NCBI GenBank assembly: GCA_964016885.1
Contig: OZ024742.1
Coordinates: 89,652,001-89,716,000, forward strand
Direction of reading: 5' to 3'
DNA: 64,000 bases
DNA from: Eledone cirrhosa
Taxonomy: Eukaryota
Positions 23,985 through 40,280 of this stretch are shown in pieces (position 1 is the first letter of the stretch; every line of letters begins with the position of its first letter). Under the pieces are notes generated by a model. The model searched no databases. It had not been told where the DNA came from and saw only the letters and a list, made by a program, of their open reading frames with translations. Made by a program: the position numbers and the translations under genes.

Positions 23985-26572
23985 TAAAACTTAGACCGGA
24001 CAAAAAGAGAGAGGCAGTACAAATATGAGTTTATTACATTCACGCTTTTGAAAGTGGGGCGGGGGACGTTTGGGCATAAGCCCTTCATCAGGAGAAAAGT
24101 GGGTAGGAAGAGAGTTCCGAGGGTGTGTGGGGGAGTGATGGAAAGACATTTAGAAAATAGATTGAGAGAAAGGGGAGGAAAAACGATTGAAGAAGTACAA
24201 ATAAAAATTAAAATAAACATAAAAATAAACATGAAAATAAACAAGTGGTGGAAGGGTGTGAGGCGTGTAGGGGTGGTGGCGGGTGGAGTTGGGAGAGCGA
24301 GGCGGGGGGTCCGAGCGGGGAGAGTTAAAGGTGGTGTTTGTGTATGTGTGTAGGTGTACGTGTGTGTATGTGTGCGTGTGCGTGTGTATGTGAATGTGAG
24401 AGTTGGGGGAAGAATGAGGTTCCATGTTCAGGAAAGGTGTGTGCGTGGGGTGGGGTGTAAGTCGGTGGCTGCGTGCGTGTGGATGGAGAGGGGTCAGAGG
24501 GGTGGGGGACGGGGACGTGTGGATTCCGGAGGCTGAGTGTGTATATGTGGGGATACGCACGTGTGTGTTTCTGTTTATACGTGGTGTGGATGTAGGTGGC
24601 GTGGTTCTAAAAAAATGTGGGTGTTTGTTCGTGGGTAAGTCCCTAAGGTAGTTCCGTGGTGTGTGCAATAAGATGTTGGATATTTCTCATGTTATAGAGT
24701 GGATAGCTGGAACGATGACCGGTAGTGTGGAATCCATTAGTGGTGGTGGTCGTAAGTGGAGAGATGTGGGGTGCGCGTGCAACAGGAAGTGGTCAGAGGG
24801 TCAAGGCAGGGTGAAGACATAGTAGTAGACGGGGATGACAGGTGGAGAAATGGTCTGAATGTGGTGAGGACTGTGTGACTGTGTGCGGAGGTGCGGTGGA
24901 CCGAGGAGAGGGTGGGTAGGTGTGAAATGTGGAGAGGGATAGTGTTGATGTGGGGCGATGAGGTGTATATTAGTAGAGGTGTTAGTGGATGTGTGTCTGT
25001 GAAGGGGTGTAGGTGGAGCAGGGAGAGGGAGAGGGAGAGAAAAGGTGTTGAGGACGGAGGAGGGATTGTAGAGTACTGGTGTGTGTGTGAGTGTTTGGAT
25101 GAGTGTGTGTGTGGTAGAGGGGTGTTAGTGGGTATTACTGGTAGTGGGGAAAGGGTTGAATGCGGGTGTGTAAATGGGGGGTTTGTGGGGGTTGGTGGTG
25201 TAGAGTGCGTGGTGTACGTAGGGGTGGGTGTGTGATGGTGTGTGTTCGTGTGCGTGTGGTCGGGGGTATGTTAGTGATATTAGTTGCGGGGTGGTCGGAG
25301 TGGATGTGTGGGTGAGGGTGAGTGGTGGTAGTAGGGTGTGTGGATAATGTGAGTGCGTGTATATATGTACAGGTGGGTGTGTGCGTGTGTGGTGTGTGGG
25401 TGCACGTGTTTACGGGGAGGGGCGTGGATGTTAGTAGTTTTAGTTGCGGGAGCGCCGGGGTGTAGTATGGGGACGTTAATATTATTAGTTGTGGGTGGGC
25501 CAAGAGGGTGGGCGGTGAAATGGAGGAGTGTGTGTTAGTGGGGGATGTGTGGGGGGAAGGTGGGCGGTCGAAGGCTAAAGGAATAGGGATCGAGATTTCA
25601 GGCCGGGCGTGTGTGTGGGTCTGTAGTGTGAAGATGGTGTGTTGTTCGACCATGAGGCGGGTGGCGGGTGTTCCATGGCATTGGAATAGGCCACAGACTG
25701 TGAGGTGGTGGGCGGAATATCCAGGGTAGCCAAAGTGGAGGGTGATGGGGGAACTCCTGACGAGACGAATATCCCGGAGGTGTTAGGTGAAACGGTCCAC
25801 CAGGCGACGTCCAGTCTGTCCGACGTAGGTTGCGCTGTACTCCGTGCAGCGAAGTACATGGACTAGGTTGGAGGAGGTGCAGCGGAAGGCGTGCCGGACA
25901 GAGAGAGAGTGGCCGTTGAGACCCTGGAAGGTGGTGGTGTTGGTGATGTGGTGGCAGGTGTGGAAGCGAGGCCTGGAGCAGGGAAGGGAACCGGTGGGGG
26001 AGCAAGGGTTGGGGGGTATGGAGCTGCGGACGAGGAGGGTGCGGAGATTTGGCGCGCGTTTGAAGGAGGGGAGGGGTGAGGAGGGGAAGATGGGAGAGGT
26101 GGAGGGGTCGGACTGGAGGCGACGGAAGAGGCGGAGTATGGTACGGTAAGGTGGAGCGGTGGTAGTTGATGGGGAAGGGGAGACGGTTGGTGGGTGTGCG
26201 GTGGCGTGTGAGAGGACGGTGGAGCGGTGGACAGCACGAGCGCGAGTGAGGGCGGTGTGGACGAGGGGGTTAATCTCTCCGGATGAAATGGCTAACTTGG
26301 GAAAGGGCCTGGGACTCAAAGTCAGCATCTCGGCTGCAGAGGCTGCGGATCCGGAGCAGTTGGGAGTCTTTTGTGTGTGTAAGGTGGGAGGAGGTGAAGT
26401 CGAGGTAGGAGTGGGAGGAGCTGGGTTTTAAGAAGGCGGAGGTGACAAGGGAGCGGTGGACGTGGGTGGTGGAGATAGAGGTGGTGAAGTGGAGGGAGGG
26501 GTAGGAGGAGCAGAAGAAGGAGAGAAAAGAGTCGAGCTGTTCTCAGGTGAGGGTCGTGGCTCCGATACTGTC
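23985..26572 (-). mobile_element. 5'-truncated Neptune-like Penelope element (RT thumb, Cys linker, GIY-YIG, long C-rich 3' UTR)
   Basis: ORF 25783..26328 FKRAPNLRTLLVRS..PC..C..FRCTSSNLVHVLRCTEYSATYVGQTGRRLVDRF; degenerate hammerhead at ~24062-24095. Clade assignment rests on motif resemblance only. Confidence 0.85.
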
Positions 26573-27150
26573 GGATAGTGCAGTTTTAAATCAACATATG
26601 AAAAGTAGTTTTAGATTGATGTGTGATATTGGGAAAAAATATTTTATTTTGAGGGGGGGGGGGGTTAAAAGAGGAGGAGATGAGAGTAAAAAGTGGAGAG
26701 GGAGCAGTATAATGAGGAAGGATGAGATAGGCTGAGAGATGGGTGATAGAGAGAGAGAGAGATAGCTTTTATAACTATATGTAAAACAATATATTTTTCT
26801 CAGTTATAAAAGCTATCTCTCTCTATCACCCATCTCTCCGCCTATCTCATCCTTCCTCATTATACTCCTCTCTCTCCACTTTTTACTCTCATCTCCTCCT
26901 CTTTTTCATCCTTTCCACCCCCCCACCCCCCTCAAAATAAAATATTCTTTCCCAATATCACACATCAATCTAAAACTACTTTTCATATGTTGATTTAAAA
27001 CTGCACTATCCACAAGTGTTTTTTTAACCTTCATATCATGTCTTCCTGTTTTATCTGATGAAAACACAAATATTATTGCATGATGATATTTGTTTTTGAA
27101 ATGCGCATAATAAAATACATGGAACTCTTTTAACCATCTTTTTTTCTTAT
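26573..27150. repeat. Fold-back duplication (26573-26777 / 26802-27011) continuing into a hammerhead-bearing end
   Basis: Arms are reverse complements; same family as 51283-51600. Confidence 0.85.
27047..27117 (+). ncRNA. Type I hammerhead ribozyme with palindromic stem III
   Basis: tgttttat-CUGAUGA-long AU stem II-GAAA-tgcgca-UA-ataaaata. Copies at 51318-51388(-) and 51495-51565(+). Confidence 0.8.
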
Positions 27151-27159
27151 ATATTATAT

Positions 27160-27966
27160 ATATTAAAATAACAGATTTAAGTTTAAGTAAAGAATCGCTG
27201 CTTTCACCCTTAATGGGATCTTCTGAAACTAAAATAAACAATCGGCCGTTCGATGATTGGTTCGTTGTTTGTATGTTTCAAGTGCTCTTCTGGTGCAGTA
27301 CGTTCTGCATCTTGCGACAGTCGAATAGCAGATTCCACTGACGATTCGTTTGCCCGCCTCATTCTTTCTCTTGCCACTATCGCAGTATTTCGGCCAATGG
27401 AGTATCTCTTCCTTTGAGGCATGATCTAAAAGCAGTATGAAGTACACTAAGACTAACTGGTAGAGTAAGGAGTAAGCTCGTCAGTGATGCATGTGATATC
27501 CGAACCGTTGGCTTAAAGTTTAAGCAAAGAATCATTGCTTTCACTCTTAACGGGATCTTCTACCTAAAAGCAGTATGAAATACACTAAGACGAACTGTTG
27601 TAATCGTATGCAAATGTTGGCCTTGTTTGTTTATATATTTTTTTGTGTATGCAAAAATATCTGTCAGTGATGCATGTGATTATGTAATCGCCGGCGTTGT
27701 TTATTCATATTTTGTTCTTGTGTATGCATCGTATTTAATCGTTGGCCTTGATTGTTTATATTTTGTTTTTGTGTATGCAAAAAAAAATGTATATATTAAA
27801 ATAACAGATTAAAGTTTAAGCAAGAATCGCTGCTTTCCACCTTAACGGGATCTTCTGAAACTAAAAAAAATCAATCTGTGAACGCAGATGTAAATATTTC
27901 AGAAAAACGTTGCAAACGAAGGAAAACAGGAAGACGATACGTTGGTTTGTGAAGACGTCCCCTGAC

Positions 27967-28027
<61 letters not shown>

Positions 28028-28550
28028 AACTATATATATACATATACACACACACATACTGATTGCGTCATAATGATGTAATGTAGACAGCCAGGCATAC
28101 AGACATATATTATAAGGGTGCAACGTTATATCTATGTATCTATCTTAAAAGAGAAAGACTAAGAGTTATATAGAGAGATCGCTAAATCGCCTAATGCGAT
28201 CCCTAGGACATTGAAAAGACTAAATATATATAAACCCGTAAGAAGAGATTAATGTTTAATCAAAGAATCGCCGCTTCCCCCCTTAACGGGATCTTCTAAA
28301 ACTAAAATAAATTAATGTGTGGACGCGGAAGTAAATATTTCGAAAAACGTTACAACCAAAGGAAAACAGGAAAACGATACTTTGGTTTGTGATGGTGTTC
28401 CCTGGCAATGAACGGAAAACAGCGAGGATAATTACGTCGTTATGTGGAGCGTTGAGAACAATTTCACTCAAAGATAAAAACACTTTTATGGTATAAATGT
28501 TGTCATTAGACTAACTAGCAGAAAAACCGCACCGGGCTGCTGTCTGCTAG
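27160..28550. mobile_element. Helitron-derived repeat cluster
   Basis: ORF 27210..27422(-) MPQRKRYSIGRNT..RRANES..RLSQDAERTA resembles a Helitron Rep/helicase N-terminus. A repeated unit 'aagcaaagaatcgctgctttcacccttaacgggatcttctgaaac' recurs (also ~32190), with a hairpin plus CTAG|T at 28515-28551. Confidence 0.6.
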
Positions 28551-28629
28551 TATATGTAGTGTGTATATTGGTATTATACGCAAATATATATGCATATATA
28601 TATATATATATTTAAATTGAAAAGTAAAT

Positions 28630-29335
28630 GAAAATATCTTCTTCGCCCACTTATTTCTGAGAGTGTCGTGAGGTTAGAGTCCTTCTTAAACAATCCTTCC
28701 AGCGAGCCTGTCAGAAACAAACATCTCTAACTGATCCAGCTGGATCCCAAATCGTGAGCAGCCAAACTCATGGATGTTGTCCAACTATGTTGCTCAGAGT
28801 CTACCTCTGGGTCTCTTGCCGGTTGGTTTTGCCTGTAAAATCTGTCCAGCGATTCTTTACTGAGACATGCTAACCCCATGCTCATAATATCGAAGTTGTG
28901 ATCTCACAATTCGGAGAAGTAGCGGCTCTACCAGGAGTGAGTCTCTGGTCTCTGAGCTATGCACTTTATCGAGTAATGCACTGAGCTATCGAGTAATGCA
29001 CTGAGCTATGCACTTTATCGAGTAACGTTACTCCAAAGATCCTTCGGAGGAAACCCGTTTCTGTCGTTTTTATTTGCAATTGTATTTTTGGATCATTACC
29101 CAAGATTCATAATCCTCAGTAAGAGTTGCTAGGAATACAAGGAAGACAGCGAATTTGACTTTTTACACCTACCCCCTTCTTCTTATTGCTGAATGCTGAG
29201 GCTGGCACATTACTGCATCAGCTTTTGCAATTCTTGCACTTAATTCAGCCTCTTGCATTCCATCACTCATGAACACGGCCTCCAGATACTTGAACTTCTG
29301 AAACTGCTTCAGTAGAATTCCATTCACATGTATAT
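28630..29335 (-). mobile_element. RTE-like LINE 3' fragment
   Basis: QFQKFKYLEAVFMSDG..EAELSARIAKA in ORF 29169..29456, with further degenerate RTE C-terminal motifs. Confidence 0.7.
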
Positions 29336-30399
29336 AAATTTGAGGGACTTCTGTCCACCCGTCTGTCACACAATGCGTATGTATGTGTGATTGTGTGAAT
29401 GCATATGTTTTTGTGTGAATATATGTGTGTAAAAGGAAGGAAAGGGATACACACATATTTATGTCTCTAACTTAAAAACGGTGACACACACACACACACA
29501 TAAGTCTCTAATTTAAGAACGGCGATTAACACACGCGCGACCACATACACACACTGTCTTATTACCACTTAAGGGCTTTGGCACGGGCAAACATCCCATC
29601 AAATTTGGAACCGTCTGGGTTGTACAGAATTGATGGTAAAAGACTTGACGGTCTACTCTGTGCTCCTGGTCAAGAGGCAGATGCCTTATCTGGGACGTCA
29701 CAGTTAGTGACTCTTTTGCTTCTTCCCACATCCTGAATGCAATGGTAAGGATGAGAGCTACAGCATCTGCAGCTGAACGGAACAAAATCCTAAAATACCG
29801 TGTTCTTACAGCTAATTATCCATCTTGTAGCGTTCGAGACGTTTGGGGGAAGTCGGGCTACTGACAGCGAGGTTCTCATCTTCACTGTCGGCTTGTAAAT
29901 CAGAGGTAACTGGTGATACTCGTGAGGGCACTTGGTTGTTCCAGCACCTCAGCTTCGCCATCACCCCAGGTAACGCTGGGAGCAAAAGTTATACTTCATT
30001 TTGCTCTCGAACGCTGCTATCATGAGTGTGTGACTGTATGTGTGTATTTGTGTAAATGTATATGTGTGAATATGTCCTTGAGCGTGTATTTTTGTAAGTT
30101 TGTATTTGCGCGAATATAGTTATATACTCATACATATAGATGTATGTATATGCACATACAGACATGCACACACATTCGTCAGCGTATTGAAAAAAGTTGT
30201 AATCTCTTCATCTATCTCTTTCACTCATTCTCTCTCTCTAATTATTTATATTTAATCAAGAGTTACGAAATTTAGTACATAAATTATGTAATATTCATTC
30301 ATTATTTATTCAAAGTAATCCAACTTATTTTACTAACTGGATTAAAAGAAAGAAATCGGATGCTGTCCCGCACTTCACCCTTCATTATAGTATAGATGT

Positions 30400-31700
30400 A
30401 CTATTTAGAATAACCGAATGATTCTCAGCTCTGGAGTTTAAGAATGATGTCATATTCCACGCTAGGAAGACTGCCTTGCTCTTTGAAAACTCCACATGGT
30501 TAAAGAGAGCTCCAGACTCTCATTTCGACGTCAGTATGGGCTCGACTGACTCGGTCATGGTGACCGACCTTATAGGACTATACATACTCCATAAACACAT
30601 CGAAAAGTTTCGTCTGTATCGAGATTACGGGCTTCTTACCCTCACAGGGTACAACCCCAGTAGCACGGACCGGGTCCGTAAACACCACATGAAATTATTC
30701 CGGGATTTGGGTTTCAAAATCAGCCTACAGTCGTCCCTTACCTGCGTCAATTTTCTGGATGTTACATACAACCTGGATAATCATTTGTACTACCCACATA
30801 GGAAACCTAATGCGAATTTACACTCTATCCAGCGCAGTTCTAACCATCCAAGGCACATTACCAATAACTTAGTAAAAAAATCTCCCTCCGCATATCTTCA
30901 ACGAACACGTGCCATATTACAACTAGGCCTTCAAAAGAAGCGGATTCCTATTATCCAGTCCCTTCTAGCGGATCCAGCAGGTGACGCCACCACTCACGCC
31001 ACGTAGCGTGGTTCAACCCTCACCACAATGCCGAGGCTGCAACACCAATTGGGAAGATCTTCTTCAGACTTCTCGATAAACAATTCTCACCCAACACCGC
31101 TACCACAATATCATCAACAAAAACACTGTTAAACTTTCCTCCAGCACTACACCCAACTTTGCACAAAACATTTCTTCATCTAACAATAAAAAATTCCTCT
31201 CTAGCAGAAGAAATAACAACGATATTAGGAGTGATCAAACTAGGAGGTGTAACTGTCCGGATCGTGCCGCCATCGTGCTCCCACAACAATAGATGCCGAG
31301 GACAAAACGTGGTCTACCAGTGCAATATGAGGACGGAAAACTCCAACAGGCCTACATCGGATTAACCGCCTCCGATTTTAAGACACAGTATTATTAACAC
31401 CAACACCAACACACATTTAGAAACCCGGCCCGGCGATACACGGCAGCACTTTCTGGCCATATATTGTACCCCCAAAACAACAATATTACCTACCATCTAA
31501 GTTGGAACATACTTTCCAAGACAAAATCTTACTCGGGTGGACGCCGTCCGTGCATTCTATGCTCAGAGAAAACAATCCAGATGCTGTTTGCAAAGGCCCG
31601 ACTTTTAAAGAAAAATGATGAACTCGTTCCCTCGTGTAAATACAGAATACATAGGACATATCGTATCTTCAAACCCCCTCACGACCCAGGTGGGTAGACC
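30400..31700 (+). mobile_element. Degenerate Penelope-like element (YRD-type RT to GIY-YIG)
   Basis: FDVSMGSTDSVMVTDLIGLY, LYRD.GL, NFLDVT, SNHP, WFNP, NVVYQC, CILCSEK. Confidence 0.85.
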
Positions 31701-32129
31701 TCGGTTGTATCTACTTCCTAATTACAAAGTAAGTATGTATATATATATATACGAAACCATGATAGAGGTAACTAAATATGTTCACTTTTCTCCTAGTTTA
31801 TTTTACACCTAATTCTGTTTAGTTGACTGTATATCTGGTCGATTTATACACGCTGTCGAAATATTCGATAAATACTCCGTCGCAACCGCCGCCAAGGGCT
31901 GCTTTCAGTTATTTGTCGGAGATTTCTTCATAGAAGCCTTTATTCTTATAGCTTGGTCTAATCGATTTTTTATATGGTTAATTATGGTAATTGGGAGAGG
32001 AAATGGTATATATTTTATCTGGTGATTCTATAGACATGTTTTATGATATATATATATATGTATATATACAGTTTTATGTATGTATATGTATATAATTGTA
32101 TATATGCATATATATATATATATAATTTA

Positions 32130-32168
<39 letters not shown>

Positions 32169-32579
32169 TAAAATAAAAGATTAAAGTTTAAGCAAAGAAT
32201 CGCTGATTTCACCCTTAACGGGATGTTCTGAAGCTAACATAGTCAATCTGTAAACGCAGAAGTGGATATTTCAAAAAACGTTGCAACCGGAGGAAGACAG
32301 GAAGACGATACTTAGGTTCGTGGTAACGTTCGCTGGCAAAGAACGGGAAAAAAACGTATAATACGTCATTAATAGGAGCGGTGAAAAACAATTACGCGCA
32401 AAGACAGAACCACGTTTATGGTATAAAAGAGGTCGTAGACTAATGTTCTCTTAGGTGGTGCATAGAGACGTTCTCTGGCAATGAACGAAAAAACGAAGAT
32501 AATAAGTCAAATGTGGAGCGTGGAGAACAATAGCACGCAAAGACAAAATCACGTAAATGGTAAGCAGAAGTCGTAGACT

Positions 32580-34266
32580 AAAATTCTAACAAGGAGACCA
32601 AATGAATCTCCGCTACAGAGTTAAGAACAAAGTAAATAAATACAATACAGAAGTAATAGATACAAATAAATACATACACGCAAACAGATACGTACGTACA
32701 CAAGCATACGCAAAACCTTACCATAGCTATACAAAACCACGCACATATAAATATGTGTGTGTGTGTATGCTTGTGTACAAATAAATAAATAATTATATAA
32801 ACGTATATAAGTAAATAAATACGTATATAACAAGCGCACACGCATACCTACATATAAATACACGAATGTTCGGAGACGTAAGTCAACTAAAACAAGAAGT
32901 ACACATATACACACACCCACCATACGTACGAACCTGCATACTCACGCAGACGCAAAACTCCCGTATACACATAGCCAAACCCTAAATACCAGAATATGTA
33001 AAAATTATACGCCATAACAGTCAAATATACGTACGAGAAGGTATACATACCTTCACAAAACATACGGGTAATATATACTTACCTATGCAAATAATTAAAG
33101 GAATAAACAAACATATACTTAGCTCCCACATCAAGACGTAAAATATCCACGTATAGATCGTGCTATCCGTTAGGGTATAACGTGGGCTGTAATACAAGAA
33201 AGTTTTGTGCAATTTATGTTTACAAGCCGAAATTGCCTCAGATTTTTTGTTTAAGATGTGGTCTGTGGCGTAGAGTATTTCCAGGGCCTCAGCGGCGCAG
33301 AGGTCACATGGTCTTTTATTTCCGTTATACGATCTAGCCCTAGCTAGGATCTCCCAGTGTAACTTATATTGGGTGTGGTTGTCTTTTAGACTCCAGATAT
33401 AAGTTGAAAGTGACGTCATATTCCTTCTAAGAGGGTAACGAAAAGAATGGGTATGCATGTAAAGACGCTGCTTGAAACTATTGGCGGTTAACCCTATGTA
33501 GGCCCTACGGGACTTGGGTGTTACAACCTTACATTTGTAGACAATGTTACTAGAGAGGCATTTCCCGGATAGGGGGAAATCAGCCCGATTCCTACAATTA
33601 CAGTTAGTACTAACTACAGGGTTGCACGTGTTCCTACGGCTAGGTAGCTTAGCTAAATTTGAAGCTGTGATGTTATGTGCAAGGTTAGGAGTCGTAGAGT
33701 AAGAAATTTTAATAGTATTTCTATTAAAAATGTTACTATATTTATGTGTAGGGGGAAAATGCTTCGTAATAAGGGAAAGAAAGATCTTAGCTAATGGTGT
33801 GGCCACCTCCATATTATATGGTGGGTTTAACCAACAAATGCGACGGGATCTATTTCTTCTAGGTCTATTTTCATACTCAGTATATGCTACCTTATCGACA
33901 AATCCACTTCGAGCAAGAGCTTCATTGTAATAAGTGGAATGGTCGTTGAAAATGCGCTCGTTGGTGGAAAGACGGGAAAGCCTCAACGAAACGTTTCTTA
34001 CCAGGTTCTTGGTTATGCTGGCAGGATGGTTGGAATGCTTACTTATGTAATTAAGCGTATCATTCGGCTTTCTATACGGGTAATACAACCCATTCAATAA
34101 ATTGAGTGTAACGTCGAGGTAATTAACGACCGAGAGATTGGCCTCAACCTGTATAGATAGGTTGAAGCCTTTAAAGAAGGCTGTGAGTTCTTTTCTGAAC
34201 CTGTCGCAAGCACGAGGTCCGCACTTAGTCATGGTCAAAAGACCATCGTCACGGTACAAACCACCG
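32580..34266 (-). mobile_element. 5'-truncated Penelope-like element with an open 412-aa RT C-half plus GIY-YIG ORF (33021..34259)
   Basis: YRDDGL, NYLDVT, PYRKP, SNHP, WLNPPY, CNCRN..CLSSNIVYKC..AYIGLT, CDLCAAE. Confidence 0.92.
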
Positions 34267-35132
34267 TTTCAAGCTTATTAGCTATAGTCAGCATCGTATA
34301 CCTTCCTGCCAGATGATTGAACGTCTGAATGTTCATACTTTTCTTATGCATATTAATGGCTGAGCAGCCTAATTTGCATATCGAGTGAGTTAATTGGCCG
34401 GGCGCACCGAAAACGATAAATGGAAAAAATTAAACGAAATTTCATTTCTCACTCTTAGTACGGCTGTTACTTACATATAAATATGTATACGTACATCATA
34501 TATGTATACAAACGTACAGTAGTATGTATATATATACATACATGCACACATATATATATGTACGATGGATTTACATTTATTATAATGCTCGGTTTGTTTG
34601 TAAACAAACAAACATCCCGAATTAAGCCGTACAGTGTTTAGTAACAGCCGTACTAAGAGTGAGAAATGAAATTTCGTTTCATTTTTTCCATATATATATA
34701 TATATATATATATATAGCGTCCGAAACGTTAAGACCCTCTTCCTGCTCTATCAAGCGTTAACCTAATATATGCCTTCCATATACTGTACCGATTGTGTTG
34801 TTAATTTTGTATCAACGACTACGTGGACCTCTCAAAATTCGCTGGATTTTCTGATTGGACTTTCACCTCGAAACTGGATACCAACCAGGAGTACACCTGA
34901 ACTTCCACCAGAAAATCTTTCGTATCTTTGAAATTTTCTTTGCTTCTTGCATTTAAATATTCCACGACTCTCTACCACCTTTCCTTTACTACATTCTTCT
35001 CAGCCGTCTATTTTTCACTCCCACCCAAGTACCTTCGATATCCCGAATCTCAAATCTTTTCTATTGTATCTAAAGACATTGTTTCTAATTCCATCCCGCC
35101 CGTCCCCTTAATCTATTTTATTTCTCATTCTT

Positions 35133-35168
35133 TCTTCTGATGAAGGACTAGCGTCCGAAACGTTAAGA
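35133..35168 (+). ncRNA. Minimal type I hammerhead ribozyme
   Basis: tctt-CUGAUGA-a-ggac-tagc-gtcc-GAAA-c-GUU-aaga. A partial tandem copy lies at 34717 and a decayed copy at ~20938-20970(-). Confidence 0.8.
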
Positions 35169-35289
35169 CCTTCTTCCTGCTATATCAAGCGTTAACCTAA
35201 TATATACCTTCCTTATACTGTACAGATTGCGTTGTTTTTTCTGTTTACATTTTACACACACACACACATTTATATATATATAAGAACGT

Positions 35290-35600
35290 AGATTTTACAT
35301 GTGGCCGGTGCTCAGGTGCAATAGGTAGCAAGTGCCCACAGCTTATTAGCTCCTTCTATTGCCCAGATTGTTCTATAGAAATAGTGGACACCTTCCGTTA
35401 CCTGGGTGACAAAATCAACAATATATGTTTTCTGAAAGTACAGTAGCCAGAGTCAGAATGGGATGGAAAAAGTTCAGAGAGCTTATACCACGATTGGCCA
35501 CTACAGATTTCTCTCTTCAAATGAAAGGCAGACTGTATGATGCCTGCATACGAACAACTATTATTATGGCTGTGAATCATAGGCATTGTGTTCGCTACTG
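35290..35600 (+). mobile_element. RTE-like LINE fragment
   Basis: FRYLGD..SESTVARVRMGWKKFRELIPRL..KGRLYDACIRT. Confidence 0.75.
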
Positions 35601-35639
35601 CTGCACTTAGGTTACCTTCGTAACGTGATGTGGGCTCAT

Positions 35640-36685
35640 CCGGGATCCTAAATAGTGCCTTTGGACCCCTGGCTATTGCAATATCTGCTCCTTATCCTGG
35701 ATGTGGAAGACGGGACGGGAGGTTTGGCACCACACAGTGATGTTCTGTTCGGGAGTTGGTCCAGCTCCCAATGCCAAAGTTCGGTAATAGTCCCTCCAGG
35801 ATTTTCCCTATGTATAGCACTGCGTATCTCTCCCGTTTTCGTTCCAAGGAGTAGAGGTTCAGTTCTTTTAGCCTCTCCCAGTAGCTTATCTCCTTCATCG
35901 TCGCAACCCTCTTGGTGTAGCTTCGCTGGATTGCCTCAAGCTCCGTGGTTAGTTTGACACTATGGGGAGACCACAGCTGGGAGCCATAGACCAGGAGGGT
36001 TAGGACAAATGTCCTCCATACTATCAACATGGTGTCTCGGTCACTTGTCCAGAAACTCCTCAGGATCCAGCCAGCGAGTCATCTTCACATTGTCGCCATT
36101 TCCATGATGTGGGAAGAAAAAGATGCATTGTCGCTCATGTCTATTCTCAGGACTCGTATCGATTTCGAGCGGATTTTCGATCCCTTCTGGTCCGGTGTAT
36201 CTGTGTTGTATTGTCTCTGTATTTGCAGGTTTGTATTGTAGACCTTGAAATTTTCTAGCATTAAACTGGATATTGTTGTCCACAGCCCATTTGTATATGG
36301 CATCCAGATCTTGTAAAATGGCAGCATCAGCCGTGTTTTTGATTGCCTGTGCTACCTTCGTGTCATCAGCATAGCTAGTGGGGGATGTTGTATGTACTAC
36401 ATAGGGCATATTTGAGAAAGCCACCAAAAACGGTAGTGGGCCCAAGACTGTGCCCTGGGGCACCCCACTTGTTATTGATGTTTCCTTTGAAAGGGCCCTT
36501 TTAGGAAATCATGCAGCCACTCACCTACTTTTCCAGTTATGCCGAGGTTGTGTAGTTTGTGACATATCATTCCGTGGTCGACCATATCAAAGGCCTTCGC
36601 AAAGTCAAGATATGTTACGTCTAACTGTGAGCTGTCCAACAGTTGTTTCAGTACCCAGCATGGCCTCAGCCGGATGGCTGGAACG
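35640..36685 (-). mobile_element. CR1/L2-group LINE RT fragment
   Basis: [57 protein letters not shown]. Confidence 0.85.
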
Positions 36686-36775
36686 GTAAAAGAGTTTAAG
36701 AGTAATTTATATATGTATATGCGCGCGCGTGTGTGCGTGTGTAAATATATTTATATATATATATATGTATATATT

Positions 36776-36817
<42 letters not shown>

Positions 36818-36884
36818 TATACTATATATATATATATGTGTGTATGTGTGTGTCAGTGTGTGTGTGTGTGTGTCTTTGTGTATG

Positions 36885-36941
<57 letters not shown>

Positions 36942-37262
36942 CAAATAGTCTATTGCCCTATATAGCTGAATACAATAAATATAATCTTAGTTTTTGAATA
37001 TTAATAATAATGTTCGATTCGGTTGCTGTTTTGCAAAAATCCTCTTTAAAGCCATGTCAGTAGAATTTACCCGCCATTCCTGCTCTTGTGTTGGCATGTA
37101 AACTAAACTGCAGACACTAATGTTTCTGGTTGATTACTCTTCATCAGTAGAGTATACTGCCAACTGTCAGAGCTATTAAAAATATATGATTTATCTATCT
37201 ATCTTTCTATATATCCATATATATAAATACATACATATATATATATTTATGTATATATATAT

Positions 37263-38360
37263 ACTGTTATACTTTGGGAGGGTCATGTTGCCAATAAGAA
37301 ACACACGCACCAGGTGTTTCACTTCAATTTATTATAATAAATTTATAAATTTAGGAATTTATAAATTTCTGGTTGGTTGGTTGGTTCCACAACCAGATAG
37401 TTGTTTATATATTGTCAAAGTTCTTTCGTCACACATTCTGTGACCTCTTCAGTGACTGGGGATTCTTTTCTTTGTTTTTGTGCCTCTCCTTTGTTCTGTC
37501 CTACGCCATTTTGTTTCTGTGTGTTGTGTGCTCAGTCTGCGGATGCGCCACATCCGGGTGTCTGTGTGTGTTTATATTCGTTTATTTATTTGTTTATTTA
37601 CATGTTACCGGTTGGTTGTTTGTTCTATGTGCGTGAGTGTTTTCAGTTTGTCCTTAATTGTAAGTTGTGATGTTGCTGTTCCACTCATATTTTCTATTTA
37701 ATGTTGGTTGTAATTCTTTTATGTTTATTGCCTCTGTGATTTGTCTAAACATTGCGTCCTTTCTGTGTGTAGATTCTATTTTTATTTCTATGTTCTCTAA
37801 TTTACCCTTATGTTCCTCTACACTACGAGCTGTCTCACCTATCTACACTATATTTTTGTCTCTACATTGTTCTTCAGTACATCTTATGCTATATACTACA
37901 TTTCTAGTTTTACAGTTAATATGGGGGCTTATTTTACAGGTTATACATTTCTTATCTATACAGGGAGGGTCTTTGAAAAGGGTATGTCTTGCTAATAAGT
38001 GTTTTTACGGAGGTACCTGGTCTTTCTACTATCTTAATATTGAGTTTATGTTTATCTAGGGCCCTTCAAAATTTGTAAGCTAATTCACCTCTAGGGGTTG
38101 TATCGATGAACATTACACTCTGGTATTTATTGCTATCATACCATGAGTTTATTCTATTAGCCTTATTCCTAGTTCTTTCTATTCTATTCCAAAATTTTCT
38201 CCTATACAAGGGGCAGGTCTCATTTGTGTCATTATTTACCATTTTTTCCCATCTGGTTCTGGTTCCTCTATACACTCTGATTTTATCTCTCTGATTGTAA
38301 CCAGAGAACTGCATACGGTGGATGAAGTGTTGTATGTGTCTCTCTAGTTCTTCGGGTTTG
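37263..38360 (-). mobile_element. Inverted truncated copy of PLE family A
   Basis: Reverse complement of ~38840-40012 with an internal deletion; abuts the plus-strand copy. Confidence 0.9.
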
Positions 38361-40197
<1,837 letters not shown>

Positions 40198-40280
40198 CAT
40201 CAAGTGTAAATGTGTATCAACTTTACTTATATAGTTGCCAAATTTAAACAATATTAACATTCGCTTTTTTATTATTTTAG

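Noticed and set aside
27160-28300. Repeated ~50-bp unit with unique spacers, CRISPR-like at first glance
   Set aside because: Irregular spacing, diverged units, eukaryotic Helitron context, no cas genes.
40235-40280. N-terminal extension of the galaxin-like ORF in the ORF track
   Set aside because: Begins at TTG and spans the polypyrimidine tract and AG, so it is intronic.
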